Shown: positions 9,591 to 20,452, numbered from the stretch's first letter. The stretch: 64,000 bases of DNA from an uncultured Candidatus Saccharibacteria bacterium (GCA_964391325.1 CAYMJM010000001.1:1438-65437), one strand, 5' to 3'. The notes: generated by a model from the sequence alone, not told the origin. Translations and numbers: made by a program.

Positions 9591-10733
9591 CTAAACAGGA
9601 ATATCGCGGATATTTTTCATCAAACTGCTGTAGAATTGTAGATTATGAATAGTGGCAAGTCTGAATCCTGCTGATTCACTAATTCTGATTAAATGCCGTA
9701 AGTAGCTTCTTGAAATGGTTTGACAAGCTTCACATTTACAGTTTGAACTTATAGGGTTAGAGTCAAATTTATATCTGTCGGATGTCAGATGAATTACATC
9801 AAAAGAATTAAATGATCTGTCCCCTTCTCCTTTATTAACGTATAAATATCCATGTCTAGCATTTCGGGTTGGCAGTACCGTGTCAAACAAATCCCAGTTT
9901 TTACCAGCGCAGTATATGATATCGTCTGGCGTTCCAACTCCCATGGCATACCTTATGTTATCTTCCGGTATCAATTCGGCAACATAAGTTAGTAGTTCAT
10001 GATAAAAGCCTTTGGATACGTTATTCCGCCATGAGTACTGATTGTGCAATGGAACACCACCGAAGTTATACATATCAAAGCCAATTTTAATTAATTCTTC
10101 AGCGCTTTGTTTTCTTAGTTCAAAATTATTTCCTCCTTGGATTACGGCACCTAATAAAGGCCTTGAGATACTTTTATCCAAAAAATCTTTTTCAGTAAGA
10201 TGATGTAGCTCTAGAAACTTTTGTTTGGATCTTTTGGCCCATTTAGTGTTTCTTTTAATGGATTGCTTGAGAATGTAAAGCGGTGCGTCTCTGATAGTTG
10301 GCTCATCCAATGCTGTTACGATATCTGCGCCAAGATTATATTGTATAATTTGGGAAATTTCAGGACTTAAAAATCTGGTTCTTCCCGTTTCTGGATCTTT
10401 GAAGCTGCACCCTGCGTCTGTTATTTTATTTAGTGTTTTGTCCCTTGAAGCGTGGATCAAGGAAAAAACTTGAAACCCACCACTGTCAGATAAAACCGGT
10501 CTGCTCCAATTAAAAAATTTATGGATCCCACCAAGTTGTTTCACGTAAGCACTTCCCAGCTTATTTTCTATATGAAGCGTGGTGGTAACTATCTCCTTTA
10601 CCTTCGCATCAGATGCATCTTTAAATGATATTGTCCTTATGGCTCCATAAGTGGCATCAGGCATAAAGGCCGGAGTCTTTATAATTCCATGTTTTGTTTT
10701 AATGTGAAGTTTGCGCATTGAGAATTTTAACAC
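9591..10733 (-). CDS. tgt: queuine tRNA-ribosyltransferase
   Basis: LSDSGGFQVFSL, GVGTPDDI, zinc site CKCEACQ...H; full-length TIM-barrel TGT. Confidence 0.9.
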   Translation of the reverse strand: MLKFSMRKLHIKTKHGIIKTPAFMPDATYGAIRTISFKDASDAKVKEIVTTTLHIENKLGSAYVKQLGGIHKFFNWSRPVLSDSGGFQVFSLIHASRDKTLNKITDAGCSFKDPETGRTRFLSPEISQIIQYNLGADIVTALDEPTIRDAPLYILKQSIKRNTKWAKRSKQKFLELHHLTEKDFLDKSISRPLLGAVIQGGNNFELRKQSAEELIKIGFDMYNFGGVPLHNQYSWRNNVSKGFYHELLTYVAELIPEDNIRYAMGVGTPDDIIYCAGKNWDLFDTVLPTRNARHGYLYVNKGEGDRSFNSFDVIHLTSDRYKFDSNPISSNCKCEACQTISRSYLRHLIRISESAGFRLATIHNLQFYSSLMKNIRDIPV

Positions 10734-11521
10734 ATACTTTGTTGCCAGAGTGCAACAAATTGTTCTGTGTCAAGCTGGGCTGGTCTTAAGTTTTCTTCTA
10801 TGTCGAGGTCTTGGAAAATTTGCGACCAGTTAATTTCTTTATAAATGTTGGATAATACTTTTTGTAGTTTTTTTCGTGGACTTGAGTATGCATTTTTCAA
10901 AAATTTAGCGTAATTTCGTATGTCTGTGTAAGGTATGTAGGGAGTCTCTCTTAATTCAAAATTTAGTATCCCCCCATCCACCCTCGGTTCAGGATAAAAC
11001 CTGTCTTTTTTGATAGTTCCTGCATATTTTACGTGATATAAAGCTGATACGTAATGGTGTAAAAAACTCGATTTTGGTGGCTGTGCAGCATAATCTTGTG
11101 CTACTTCTTTTTGAAGAATTACAGACATGCGCACAGGCTTAAGCTCGGCTTCAGTGAAATTTTGTATAATTTTTTTTGAAATATTGTAAGGAAGGCTGCC
11201 AATGACCTTATATTCTTTAATTACTCTAGAATCTAGTTCCTTTCGTAGATCTATTTGTAGGATATCCTTATGGATTACTTCAAAACTTGGATCTGTTTTA
11301 AACTTTTCCTTTAATAAGGTCACTAAATCACTATCTATTTCAACAGCAATGACTTCTTTTACTGTTCGTAATAAAATTTGAGTTACTCTCCCGTCGCCTG
11401 GTCCTATCTCAAAAACATAGTCTTCTAATGAGGGATCAAGACTATCAACTAGCTTTGCTGAGTCTGAGGCGTATTTTAAGAAATTTTGACCAAATTGTTT
11501 TTTAAAAACATGTGCAGTCAT
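10727..11521 (-). CDS. rsmA: 16S rRNA (adenine1518/1519-N6)-dimethyltransferase RsmA/KsgA
   Basis: FGQNFL N-terminal motif, SAM-binding EIGPGDG, LPYNIS motif. Confidence 0.85.
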   Translation of the reverse strand: MTAHVFKKQFGQNFLKYASDSAKLVDSLDPSLEDYVFEIGPGDGRVTQILLRTVKEVIAVEIDSDLVTLLKEKFKTDPSFEVIHKDILQIDLRKELDSRVIKEYKVIGSLPYNISKKIIQNFTEAELKPVRMSVILQKEVAQDYAAQPPKSSFLHHYVSALYHVKYAGTIKKDRFYPEPRVDGGILNFELRETPYIPYTDIRNYAKFLKNAYSSPRKKLQKVLSNIYKEINWSQIFQDLDIEENLRPAQLDTEQFVALWQQSMC

Positions 11522-11530
11522 CTCGTTCGG

Positions 11531-12325
11531 TTATAAGCTAAGTGCGAATTCATGAGCTCTCCATTCAAGATCGTCATCTAACAGAGGTAGGCTTATAAAT
11601 TTTTCCTTATAACGCCTTTGTAGAGCTAATGATAATAATAAGTCTGCTATATGTGGATTTTTGGGTAAAAATGCTCCATGCATATAGCTTCCAAAAGTAT
11701 TTTTATATCTAATCCCCTCATAACCCTGAATTTCGCTATCCCCAATCCCCCTAAGCACTCTGCCTAAATGTAAGTTATGTTTGGTAAGTATCTTGGTCCT
11801 ACCGGAATGATTTTCAAAGCCTGTTAAGGTATAGAGGATATTTTTCGTTACAGGGTATTTATAGTAGTTTTCTACTTCTCTCTTTGTCTGCTCGTTAATA
11901 ATTTCTACTGAAATATTTCCTATGCAACGTTGTCTTGTGTCAGTACCAGGGGCAACAGTCTCTATTGGAAGAAATCCTAGACCTTCTGCCTTCTGTTTAT
12001 CACCTGTAAGGTAGTATTGCCCTAGAAGCTGATACCCCCCACAGATAGCCAGTGCAGGAACATTATTGTGTAGATCTTTTAGAAGGCTTTCTTTTTTATT
12101 AAACATGTCTTTTCCTATCTCTACCTGCTGCGCATCCTGCCCTCCTCCAAAAAAGTAGATGTCTGTTTTTTGAGGTTTTAATGTATCTCCTGTAGAGATG
12201 AAATTTACGGTTACCTCTATACCCCTAGCTCTGGCCCTTCTCTCTAACACAATGATATTTCCAAGGTCTCCGTACAGATTCATTTTATCTGGGTACAGAT
12301 GTGTTATTGTAAGTTTGAATTTCAT
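11531..12325 (-). CDS. gatD: lipid II isoglutaminyl synthase glutaminase subunit GatD (CobQ-type GATase)
   Basis: 264-aa class-I glutamine amidotransferase (AICGGYQLLG catalytic Cys region; HGAF...PKNP His region) immediately downstream of murT. Confidence 0.75.
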   Translation of the reverse strand: MKFKLTITHLYPDKMNLYGDLGNIIVLERRARARGIEVTVNFISTGDTLKPQKTDIYFFGGGQDAQQVEIGKDMFNKKESLLKDLHNNVPALAICGGYQLLGQYYLTGDKQKAEGLGFLPIETVAPGTDTRQRCIGNISVEIINEQTKREVENYYKYPVTKNILYTLTGFENHSGRTKILTKHNLHLGRVLRGIGDSEIQGYEGIRYKNTFGSYMHGAFLPKNPHIADLLLSLALQRRYKEKFISLPLLDDDLEWRAHEFALSL

Positions 12326-12326
12326 T

Positions 12327-13637
12327 TTAAAATCTTTTACCTAATATTTTCCGGAACTCATTCATGGCCGTATAGGTTGGTAGTACATATACGGTCTCCT
12401 CTTTTTGTACAGTTTGCATTATATCTACTATAGCTTCTTGAATATCTTTTTTAATGGTTATCTGTGGATGCTTTTGAATATTTTTATGTGCATATTTCAA
12501 CCTAAGGGTCATATCTTCAGCTCTTTTGCCTGATACGATGACAGAGGTATACAGAATATGCTGTATTTTCTCGACTTGTGCATCCCATAGCCAGGAAACA
12601 TCTCGTCCATCAGCTATGTTGTCATTTATGATAATTAGCAGCTTCGCCTTTCTGAGTGTTTTTAACATGTTCAAAGTTAATGTAAATCCTGCTGGATTTT
12701 TAATCAAGAATAGTTGAAAATAAAACGGTTGTTTATAAAAGTTTTTGAGAGCTTTTGGAAGCGACTGTTTTTCAACTTTTAGAAGCTCTCCTCTGCCAAA
12801 CGCCGGTTTGAAATTACTCAAGCCTTGTTTGATTTGTTCTGTTTGTAACCCCAGTAGTATCGCAGCTTGCATAGCAGCAAGAGCATTGTATACATGGAAT
12901 ATGCCTGGGACATTCACATCAAAGATTGTATTATTATATTCAAATTGACTTGTTAGATCGCCATGCAGTTCGATCAGGCTTGGTTTTAGAGCAGGTTTTG
13001 TATTTAAATTATTTGGCTTATTCTCAAAAAGGAACTCTTTAGAGTATTTATTGGTTAAACTGAAGTAATATGTTTCATTCCGTGTGTTTTCTGCAAGTGA
13101 GGAAACCATGCCGTCGTCTGCATTTAGAACAAGTTTGGTATGGGGAGATTTTCTTATTGCCTCTAGTATGTATTTCCGAGTTTTATTAATTTCTCCATAA
13201 GCATCTAACTGATCTCTAAATAGGTTTGTAACTATTAAAATAGAAGGTTTAAGGGAATCTATTATCTTGGGTAATGTCGCTTCTTCCACTTCTAAAAGGG
13301 CTACGCTTGAGTTAAGCCTGCCCTTTAAGCTCGAGTTTTCTATAAAAGTAGAAATTAACCCTCTTTTTAAATTTGATCCTGAAGTATTGGTTAGGTGCTG
13401 AATCTCTGCTTCTTTGAGTACCTCGTGTAACATTGATTTTGTAGTTGTTTTTCCATTTGTGCCGGTAATTAAAATGGTTTGATTTAATTGAAGAGAAAAG
13501 TAGTCAAACAGCTCCGGATAGTATTTTTCGATTATAAGGCCAGGTAAAGCTGTCCCTGATCCTCTATTCAAAAATTTAGATAGATTTTTTGTGAACCTTG
13601 CTGTTGCAATGAAAAAAATATTTTTTACTGTATTCAT
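12327..13637 (-). CDS. murT: lipid II isoglutaminyl synthase ligase subunit MurT (Mur ligase family with C-terminal DUF1727)
   Basis: Mur-ligase P-loop ITGTNGKTTT, central Mur domain, C-terminal extension; adjacent and co-oriented with gatD. Confidence 0.8.
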   Translation of the reverse strand: MNTVKNIFFIATARFTKNLSKFLNRGSGTALPGLIIEKYYPELFDYFSLQLNQTILITGTNGKTTTKSMLHEVLKEAEIQHLTNTSGSNLKRGLISTFIENSSLKGRLNSSVALLEVEEATLPKIIDSLKPSILIVTNLFRDQLDAYGEINKTRKYILEAIRKSPHTKLVLNADDGMVSSLAENTRNETYYFSLTNKYSKEFLFENKPNNLNTKPALKPSLIELHGDLTSQFEYNNTIFDVNVPGIFHVYNALAAMQAAILLGLQTEQIKQGLSNFKPAFGRGELLKVEKQSLPKALKNFYKQPFYFQLFLIKNPAGFTLTLNMLKTLRKAKLLIIINDNIADGRDVSWLWDAQVEKIQHILYTSVIVSGKRAEDMTLRLKYAHKNIQKHPQITIKKDIQEAIVDIMQTVQKEETVYVLPTYTAMNEFRKILGKRF

Positions 13638-13792
13638 GAACGAATTTTAACAAGGATCAAAAGATATGTGAAATGTATCTTATTGTATATCATTATTGGA
13701 CATGATATAATATTTATATATTAAAATGTCTTAAATTACAATTTATTATTTGTAATTTAATTAGTATATTTACTAAATTTTAAAATTTTAAT

Positions 13793-14425
13793 ATGGTAGT
13801 TGTATCTCCAGATTCCTGTTTCGTAGGTTACAAAGAAGAGGATCGGGCTGGCATAATAGCTGATATGTTGGAGATGAGGGGTGAAATGGCACAGACAGCA
13901 TTAGAAAACCCCATTACTCCGGATTATGAGAGTCTAGCTATAGCTTTAGATCAAAGATTAAAGCAGCTACTATCGCAAGGGGCGCAATATGCAGATGTTT
14001 CAAATTTTGGTGCATATATGCTTGACGAGTACGCAACTACTCTAGAGGAAGGCGGTGTTAACTATGTCATGGACCATGTGCGGGATTCTGCTATAGGGCG
14101 AGAGATGTTAGACTATTATGATAAAAATAGAATACCTATGTCATTTTTACAACAAGCAAGGCTGTGGGCAGGGGGACCTGCACAGGACTATGTTGATGAA
14201 GTTTTTCAGGAAATATGTCTCAATGTGGCATGTTTATTGACTGAGGAAGAAGTAGCTACTTATTTTGGTGGTAGAGATATTGCTTTGAGTGTAGATCGTC
14301 CATCTACTAAGCCACGAGTGACTTATTATTCTGAATTCGGAGCGATTTTTGTACAGGGGACACATACGAGTCGTGCTGATGCGTTTGCTCCAAAGTTCGT
14401 TGAGGCAAATAGTGTTACATTCTAG
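13793..14425 (+). CDS. hypothetical cytoplasmic protein
   Basis: 210-aa ORF with reasonable codon usage after a very AT-rich divergent promoter region (13640-13790); no recognisable motifs. Confidence 0.4.
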   Translation: MVVVSPDSCFVGYKEEDRAGIIADMLEMRGEMAQTALENPITPDYESLAIALDQRLKQLLSQGAQYADVSNFGAYMLDEYATTLEEGGVNYVMDHVRDSAIGREMLDYYDKNRIPMSFLQQARLWAGGPAQDYVDEVFQEICLNVACLLTEEEVATYFGGRDIALSVDRPSTKPRVTYYSEFGAIFVQGTHTSRADAFAPKFVEANSVTF

Positions 14426-17400
14426 CGTATTTCTGGAAAAAACTGAGAGCTTGTGGAGTTGCATTAATAGTTTTCACGAGCTCTTTTTTAGAATACGGAG
14501 TCCCATAAAGAATCTTTAATCTCAGTTCATTCCCAAGATTAGAAGCTAACATCTGTTTTATTTTGCTTAGCTCCGCTTTGTCCTTGATTTCTGTTATATC
14601 TATTACCATTTCATCCTCGCTTGGCATGTCTTTGGCATATATTACATCATCCACGATTAAGCTGAATTTTTCATCTCTGAAACTTATGCTAGCTTTTAAT
14701 ATGATAGGTGTATTCTCAATCAGGAATTCTCTGATCCTATCGTATGCTTGTGGGAATACCACCCCTTCTGTTATGTCATCTCCGTCATCTATTTGGAGGA
14801 ACGCCATAGGTTTCGAGTCTTTTTTGGTATAAATAATTTTTTTCTGGGTAATGATAGAAAGTACCATTACAGCAGCTCTTTCTTGTAATTGCGCGGCATC
14901 TGCTATGCACTTGATCCTACCGTTAATCAATAACCTTCTATAATTTAATAAGGGGTGCTGACTTAAAAATGTTCCTAAAAGTTCCTTTTCCCAGCTAATC
15001 TTTTGTTGGTCTGTTTCTGGCTCTACTTCAGGCAGTCTGGTAATAGTTTTCTCTATTTCCTCTGCTCCTAGCCCGTCGAATAAAGTTCCTTGTCCTCCTT
15101 TGCGCTTAGACTCCTCCTGGCTTATTCTATCAAACACAGAGGGCATGACTGCGAGCAGTTGTTTCCTAGTGCCCCAACTTTCCATTGCTCCAACTTGTAT
15201 AAGCAGCTCAAGTACTTTCTTAGTCAGTCTGCTGGGCTTTACTCTTGTTATAAGGTCGTCCAAAGAGTTAAAGTCACCATTTTCTTCTCTTTCAGCCACG
15301 ATATTTTCTACAATTTTTCCATTTACGCCTTTGATTGCTCCCAACCCAAAACGAATTCTCTCTTTCGCATCTTCAAATTTTTTTCCTGGCTCAATCTTGA
15401 AATCGACAAAACTTTCATTAATGTCGGGAGGTAGTATTGCAATCCCCATTTCTCTTGCTTCTTTTAGGTCTCGACTGATTTTATCTGCGTTTCCTAGATC
15501 AGTCTCCATTAGCCCTGCCATAAACTGGATAGGATAATTAGCTTTCAGATAAGCTGTTTGATAGGCGACTACAGAATAGCATGCGCTATGGGATTTGTTG
15601 AAACCATAGTCAGCAAATGGTTCCATGTAAGAGAAGATATTCTCTGCTACCTTTTTGTTATATCCATTTTCTTGGGCTTTTTTCAAGAATTTTTCTTTTT
15701 CAACTTTCATAACCTCGGGTTTTTTCTTTCCCATCGCACGTCTAAGTATGTCTGCTTCTCCTAAGGAGTAGCCTCCGATTTTTACTGCTATGTTAATAAC
15801 TTGTTCTTGGTAAATAGCAAAGCCATATGTTGTTTCTAAAATTGGCTCTAAATCTTTGTGTAAATAAACAGTTTTCTGTCTTCCAAACTTACGTTCAATA
15901 TAGTCATGGATGTATTGCATTGGGCCTGGTCTGTAGGCTGCGTTCAAAAAGATGAGGTCGTCAATGCTTTCTGGTTGAAGCTCTTTCAAGTATTTCTTCA
16001 TCCCATCTGACTCAAATTGGAAGACTCCTGTTGTATTGCCTTTTTTAAATAAATCAAATGTTTTTTTGTCATTTAAATCTATTGCGTCAATGTCTAACTC
16101 CTGTTTTAAAGTGTAGTGAATTTGTTTGAGGGTGTTCTGGATAATCGTTAGGTTAGAAAGTCCTAAAAAATCAAATTTCATAAGCCCTAGATATTCGAGA
16201 GTTCCACCTTCAAACTGGGTCATTATTCTGTTTTCTTTATTCTCTTTTTGCACTGGCACAAAATTGGTGATTGGGTCTGGGGTGACCAGATATCCGCAAG
16301 CATGAGTTGAAGTATGACGTGCGATATTTTCAAGCTTGCGTACGTAGTTAGCTAGTTCTTGTAGTCTTGGATCAGAGTCAATTATATCTTTGAATTCCTT
16401 TACCTCTTCCATCATTTTGTCTACACTGTGGACACGCCCAAATTTTACTATAACCATTTTTGACAGCCTATCCGCTACTCCTAGGTCTATTCCCATGGCG
16501 CGGGCAACATCTCTAATTGCTGCTTTTGTTTTTAGCCTCCCATATGTTCCGATAAATGCAGTACAGTCATGCCCATACCTTTCAGACATGTATTTGAATA
16601 AATCGTCTCGTCTGTCGTCTTGGAAGTCGATGTCAAAGTCCGGTGGAGAAGGCCGCTCTGGGTTTAAAAATCGTTCAAAAATAAGGTCATACTTGAAGGG
16701 ATCAATATTAGTAATAGCTAAAGCGTATGCCACCACACTTCCTGCGCCTGAGCCGCGTCCGGGACCAACCATGATGCCTTGGCTCTTAGCCCATCTAACG
16801 TAATCTTCAACAACAAGAAAGTAGTCATCGTAGCCTTTGTCATGGATTATTTGCAATTCGTAGTTAATTCTTTCTTTGGTTTCTTTGTTTATTGTCCCAT
16901 ATCTGAGCTCTGCACCCTTAAAAGCCTTTTCCTTAAGTATTTTGAAAGCAGGTCTGTCTTCGGTGGTGTCAGGGTATTTAGGTTGTATTCGGTCAAAGCT
17001 CAGAGAGTATTCTTCGGTCATATCGGCAATCTTCTTTGTGTTTTCTATTGCTTCGGGCAGGTCGCTAAAAAGTTCTTCCATTTCTTCAGGAGTCTTGACC
17101 CAAAATTCTCTTGAAGCATACTGCCTTCTATTTGGGTCACTAAGTTTTGTTCCGTCGCTGATACACCAGGCTATTTCCTGGATTTGGTAGTCTTCCGGCT
17201 CTATATAGTGTGAATCTGTGGTGGCTACTATGGGAAGATTAAATTTTTCTGCAATTTTCAGTTGTTTAGGTAGTAGATTATCATTTTCTTTGTAATTAAT
17301 GCGCATCAGCTCGACATACACATTTTCAAAATTGTTTTTCAGAAATTTTATCCAATTCTCAGCTCGTTTTTGGTCATTATTTAGTAGAGCTTGATTGAGT

Positions 17401-17828
17401 GGAGAACCCATGCAACCAGTAAGGACAATGATGCCTTCTGAGTATTTTTCAAGTAGTTCTTTATCGACTCTAGGTTTGTAGTAAAATCCTTCTGTTTGTG
17501 CCAGCGAGGCTAGTTTTACAAGATTATGGTATCCAGTTCTATTCTTTGCTAGTAATGTAGTATGGTATCTTTTGTTATCAATTCCTGCTTGTTTATCAAA
17601 TCTAGTCCGTTCCGCTATGTAAATTTCACAACCAATAATTGGTTTAATCCCTGCTGCCTTCGCAGTCTCACTAAAGTCAAAGGCTCCGTATAAAACTCCG
17701 TGATCTGTTATTGCACATGCCTTCATTCCGCTCTTTTGTACTTTGTCTATAAGTGGTCCAACCTTGGAAACGCCATCCAATAATGAATATTCTGTGTGTA
17801 AATGTAGATGAGTAAAATTAGAAGACAT
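14415..17828 (-). CDS. dnaE: DNA polymerase III alpha subunit
   Basis: 1137 aa; N-terminal PHP domain (HLHLHTEYSLLDG), polymerase core, OB fold near C-terminus. Confidence 0.95.
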   Translation of the reverse strand: MSSNFTHLHLHTEYSLLDGVSKVGPLIDKVQKSGMKACAITDHGVLYGAFDFSETAKAAGIKPIIGCEIYIAERTRFDKQAGIDNKRYHTTLLAKNRTGYHNLVKLASLAQTEGFYYKPRVDKELLEKYSEGIIVLTGCMGSPLNQALLNNDQKRAENWIKFLKNNFENVYVELMRINYKENDNLLPKQLKIAEKFNLPIVATTDSHYIEPEDYQIQEIAWCISDGTKLSDPNRRQYASREFWVKTPEEMEELFSDLPEAIENTKKIADMTEEYSLSFDRIQPKYPDTTEDRPAFKILKEKAFKGAELRYGTINKETKERINYELQIIHDKGYDDYFLVVEDYVRWAKSQGIMVGPGRGSGAGSVVAYALAITNIDPFKYDLIFERFLNPERPSPPDFDIDFQDDRRDDLFKYMSERYGHDCTAFIGTYGRLKTKAAIRDVARAMGIDLGVADRLSKMVIVKFGRVHSVDKMMEEVKEFKDIIDSDPRLQELANYVRKLENIARHTSTHACGYLVTPDPITNFVPVQKENKENRIMTQFEGGTLEYLGLMKFDFLGLSNLTIIQNTLKQIHYTLKQELDIDAIDLNDKKTFDLFKKGNTTGVFQFESDGMKKYLKELQPESIDDLIFLNAAYRPGPMQYIHDYIERKFGRQKTVYLHKDLEPILETTYGFAIYQEQVINIAVKIGGYSLGEADILRRAMGKKKPEVMKVEKEKFLKKAQENGYNKKVAENIFSYMEPFADYGFNKSHSACYSVVAYQTAYLKANYPIQFMAGLMETDLGNADKISRDLKEAREMGIAILPPDINESFVDFKIEPGKKFEDAKERIRFGLGAIKGVNGKIVENIVAEREENGDFNSLDDLITRVKPSRLTKKVLELLIQVGAMESWGTRKQLLAVMPSVFDRISQEESKRKGGQGTLFDGLGAEEIEKTITRLPEVEPETDQQKISWEKELLGTFLSQHPLLNYRRLLINGRIKCIADAAQLQERAAVMVLSIITQKKIIYTKKDSKPMAFLQIDDGDDITEGVVFPQAYDRIREFLIENTPIILKASISFRDEKFSLIVDDVIYAKDMPSEDEMVIDITEIKDKAELSKIKQMLASNLGNELRLKILYGTPYSKKELVKTINATPQALSFFQKYARM

Positions 17829-18079
17829 GTTGATCTATTTGTTTTTAGTCAAGTAAAATGTTATGTAAACTTTAGCACTCTAAAATTAAAAAGCATAACT
17901 GGAAATAGGTTATCTTAATATAACCAAACTAAATTTTCTATTCAAGACTTATAGTAATTTTGTTAGCAATTTTAAGTTTTGACTGTCAGACTATTGCTTT
18001 CCCAAAAATTTTTAAAGATAATTATTGTAGCAGCAAATAGTCGAATACTGTCTGTTCTTCTAAATATTGTATATACCTT

Positions 18080-18799
18080 ATGGAAAAACCTATACACTTT
18101 AAAACGGCTGATAATAAAATAATTTACTGCAAACTAAATTACAAGAAGCTGCCAGCAGGTAAATTAATTGTTTTTGTCCATGGATTAACTGGAGATATGC
18201 ACGAACATATATTTTTTAATGCAGTCAAGTTTTTTGCTGCAAGAGGGTTCTCTACACTGCGATTTAATTTCTATTCGTCTGAGCAAAATGCCAGAAAACT
18301 GGAAGAATGCACTCTGGCCACTCATGTGGAAGATCTTGATTTGATTGTGGACAAAACCTTCCATGAATATGACAAGGTCTATGTTATTGGACATAGTCTG
18401 GCTGGGCCAGTTATCCTACAGTCTAAATTACTAAATGTCATTGATAAGGTTGTCCTGTGGGATCCAACTTTAAGCTTTGATTGGGTAGTGAAAAAATACA
18501 GGTTTAATAAAGAATTGGGGGTATACTTTAAGAGGTCATCGTGGTATAAGCCATTGGGACAGGAAATGTTTCATGAACTACAGAGCCTGGACATCCTGAA
18601 GCTTTATAAGAATACTCAAGTTCCGACAAAAGTAATAATTGCCGGAGAAAATATGTATAGTTCAGTGAAACCTCTTCTTAAGGCAGTTGTTAATAACAAC
18701 GTTCTAGTCACTGAGCTTCAAGGTGCCAGCCATAACTTTGATGAGGAAGGGACAGAAGAGGCTCTTTTTCACGCAACACTTGACTGGATAGCTTCCTAA
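18080..18799 (+). CDS. alpha/beta-fold hydrolase
   Basis: 239 aa; nucleophile elbow GHSLAG, HGLTGD oxyanion region, C-terminal SHNF His. Confidence 0.6.
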   Translation: MEKPIHFKTADNKIIYCKLNYKKLPAGKLIVFVHGLTGDMHEHIFFNAVKFFAARGFSTLRFNFYSSEQNARKLEECTLATHVEDLDLIVDKTFHEYDKVYVIGHSLAGPVILQSKLLNVIDKVVLWDPTLSFDWVVKKYRFNKELGVYFKRSSWYKPLGQEMFHELQSLDILKLYKNTQVPTKVIIAGENMYSSVKPLLKAVVNNNVLVTELQGASHNFDEEGTEEALFHATLDWIAS

Positions 18800-19740
18800 G
18801 CAAGCATTTTTTTGAAATCTTCAACCATAGCAACAGGCTCAGGATCAATATTATATTCAATAGCGAGATAATATGTTGTTACAATTTCTTCAAAAATAGA
18901 TTCTCCACGCATTTCAATAATTTCTACAGGAGCTTTCATAAGTTTTGTAAACATCTTGATTCTCCTCAAGTTACGTGAGTGCGTAAATTTAGATTGCAGT
19001 ATTATAAATAGAGGATTCATAATTAGGTTGGTAAACCCTACCATTTCGTTATGATTTAGTTCAGGGAAGATGTTAAAAAATGCCTGAATCTTGCTGTTTT
19101 CATTAAATTTGATTTTGGCAACTTTAGCTATTGACCAGTTTTCCTCTGTAGCATAAATAATAGGAACTTTGTTTTTTAATCTCTTTGCCAGTTTTTTTGC
19201 GCTTTCTTCATTCAGAGAGGTATCTATCCTGCCTGCGATACTAATTATTTCATTATCAAGCTCTTCTATGAAGCCTAGATTAGAAAGAATTTTGATTAAG
19301 CCAGATATAAAGTAACCACTCGATAGACGGGGTTGAATGCCAGTAGGGACCTCGAGTACAGGGACTTTTGTTGCATTGGCTATATCAAGTAGCCTCCCGC
19401 CTGAAGTAAGAAGGATGTGACTATAACCTTTGGACTGTATTTGTGCGAGGGCCTCCAGAGTTTCTTCGGTATTCCCAGAGTATGAAGCAATTACAAATAA
19501 AGTTTTTTCATTAACATTGTGAGGAATATTGTAGTTGCGGTTTGCTTCAAGCGTGAAGTTAATTCTCTTGCTTTTCAAATAATCATTTATTAGTTCTACA
19601 TAAAAAGCACTCCCGCCCATACCGCAAACAATTACTCTGTCAAAGGACCCAGATAGCTTTATATTTTTTGCCAGATCAATTCCTTTTTGAAATTGTGAAG
19701 GAAATGCCTTTATATCTTTATAGTATTTTTGGTTTACCAT
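18796..19740 (-). CDS. bifunctional phosphoglucose/phosphomannose isomerase (SIS domain)
   Basis: 314 aa, SIS motif VIVCGMGGSAF, length and architecture of the archaeal-type PGI/PMI family. Confidence 0.75.
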   Translation of the reverse strand: MVNQKYYKDIKAFPSQFQKGIDLAKNIKLSGSFDRVIVCGMGGSAFYVELINDYLKSKRINFTLEANRNYNIPHNVNEKTLFVIASYSGNTEETLEALAQIQSKGYSHILLTSGGRLLDIANATKVPVLEVPTGIQPRLSSGYFISGLIKILSNLGFIEELDNEIISIAGRIDTSLNEESAKKLAKRLKNKVPIIYATEENWSIAKVAKIKFNENSKIQAFFNIFPELNHNEMVGFTNLIMNPLFIILQSKFTHSRNLRRIKMFTKLMKAPVEIIEMRGESIFEEIVTTYYLAIEYNIDPEPVAMVEDFKKMLA

Positions 19741-19801
19741 ACTTTATGTGTTTATAAAAAATAGGAAGAGCTTGATTTACAACGAAGAATAGCAGCAGCT
19801 T

Positions 19802-20452
19802 TTACAATTCAATCTGGCTGTAATATAAATTAAGGTTATGAGCACCTTTTTGCCAGTTGACTATGCCATATGCTTGTGCTAAAGCAGCAAAATTTGTACC
19901 ATATCGGGCAGCATATTCTTTTGCGACCTTAGGTGTGATGTCTTTGAATGCTTGTTCGAAACTGGAGTATTTTGCTCCATTTAAATATCCGAAGCAGTTA
20001 AAATAGTAATCCTGAGCGCAAAATCCTGATTCGACTCCAATCAGCGCAAGTAAGATACGGTAGTCAGTATCGGCTTCCATAGCGCTGTCATATAATATGC
20101 CTGCTACATCAGTGTTTGCTATCGGTGATTTTTTCGTAGATAAATACGTGTTAATTCCTGCTATGTGTCCTTCCCTGCTCTCTCTTTGGCGTTGTTTTTC
20201 TGCAAGCTCTTGCCTCTCTTTTTCTTTTCTTACGTTAGCATTTTGGATGGCCTCTGAGTCGAAAACAGGGAGTTGGATAAGGGAGCCCTTCTCTGTATAC
20301 ACTTGAGCATCAAGATTTTCCCCAGCAGCAAAGATATGTATGCTTGTAAAAATCAGAAGGACAAAGGAAACAAAAAAGATAATGAAAACCCTCATAGAAA
20401 GATCAGGGTTTAATCGGGCAAATTTGTATATTCTTTTTAAGTCTCGTCTCAA
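19802..20452 (-). CDS. secreted/membrane-anchored protein with C-terminal glucosaminidase-like (peptidoglycan hydrolase) region
   Basis: N-terminal TM (IIFFVSFVLLIFTSIHIFA), charged coiled region, C-terminal LALIGVESGF...NCFGY resembling the GH73/FlgJ-type ESG...FG pattern; weak. Confidence 0.4.
   Translation of the reverse strand: MRRDLKRIYKFARLNPDLSMRVFIIFFVSFVLLIFTSIHIFAAGENLDAQVYTEKGSLIQLPVFDSEAIQNANVRKEKERQELAEKQRQRESREGHIAGINTYLSTKKSPIANTDVAGILYDSAMEADTDYRILLALIGVESGFCAQDYYFNCFGYLNGAKYSSFEQAFKDITPKVAKEYAARYGTNFAALAQAYGIVNWQKGAHNLNLYYSQIEL

Noticed and set aside
14563-17190. Multiple 60-145-aa ORFs on the plus strand inside dnaE (for example 15100..15537, 16390..16803, 16876..17190)
   Set aside because: They are antisense to a well-supported 1137-aa dnaE reading frame, low complexity (Ser/Leu-rich) and without motifs, which is typical antisense noise in AT-rich DNA.
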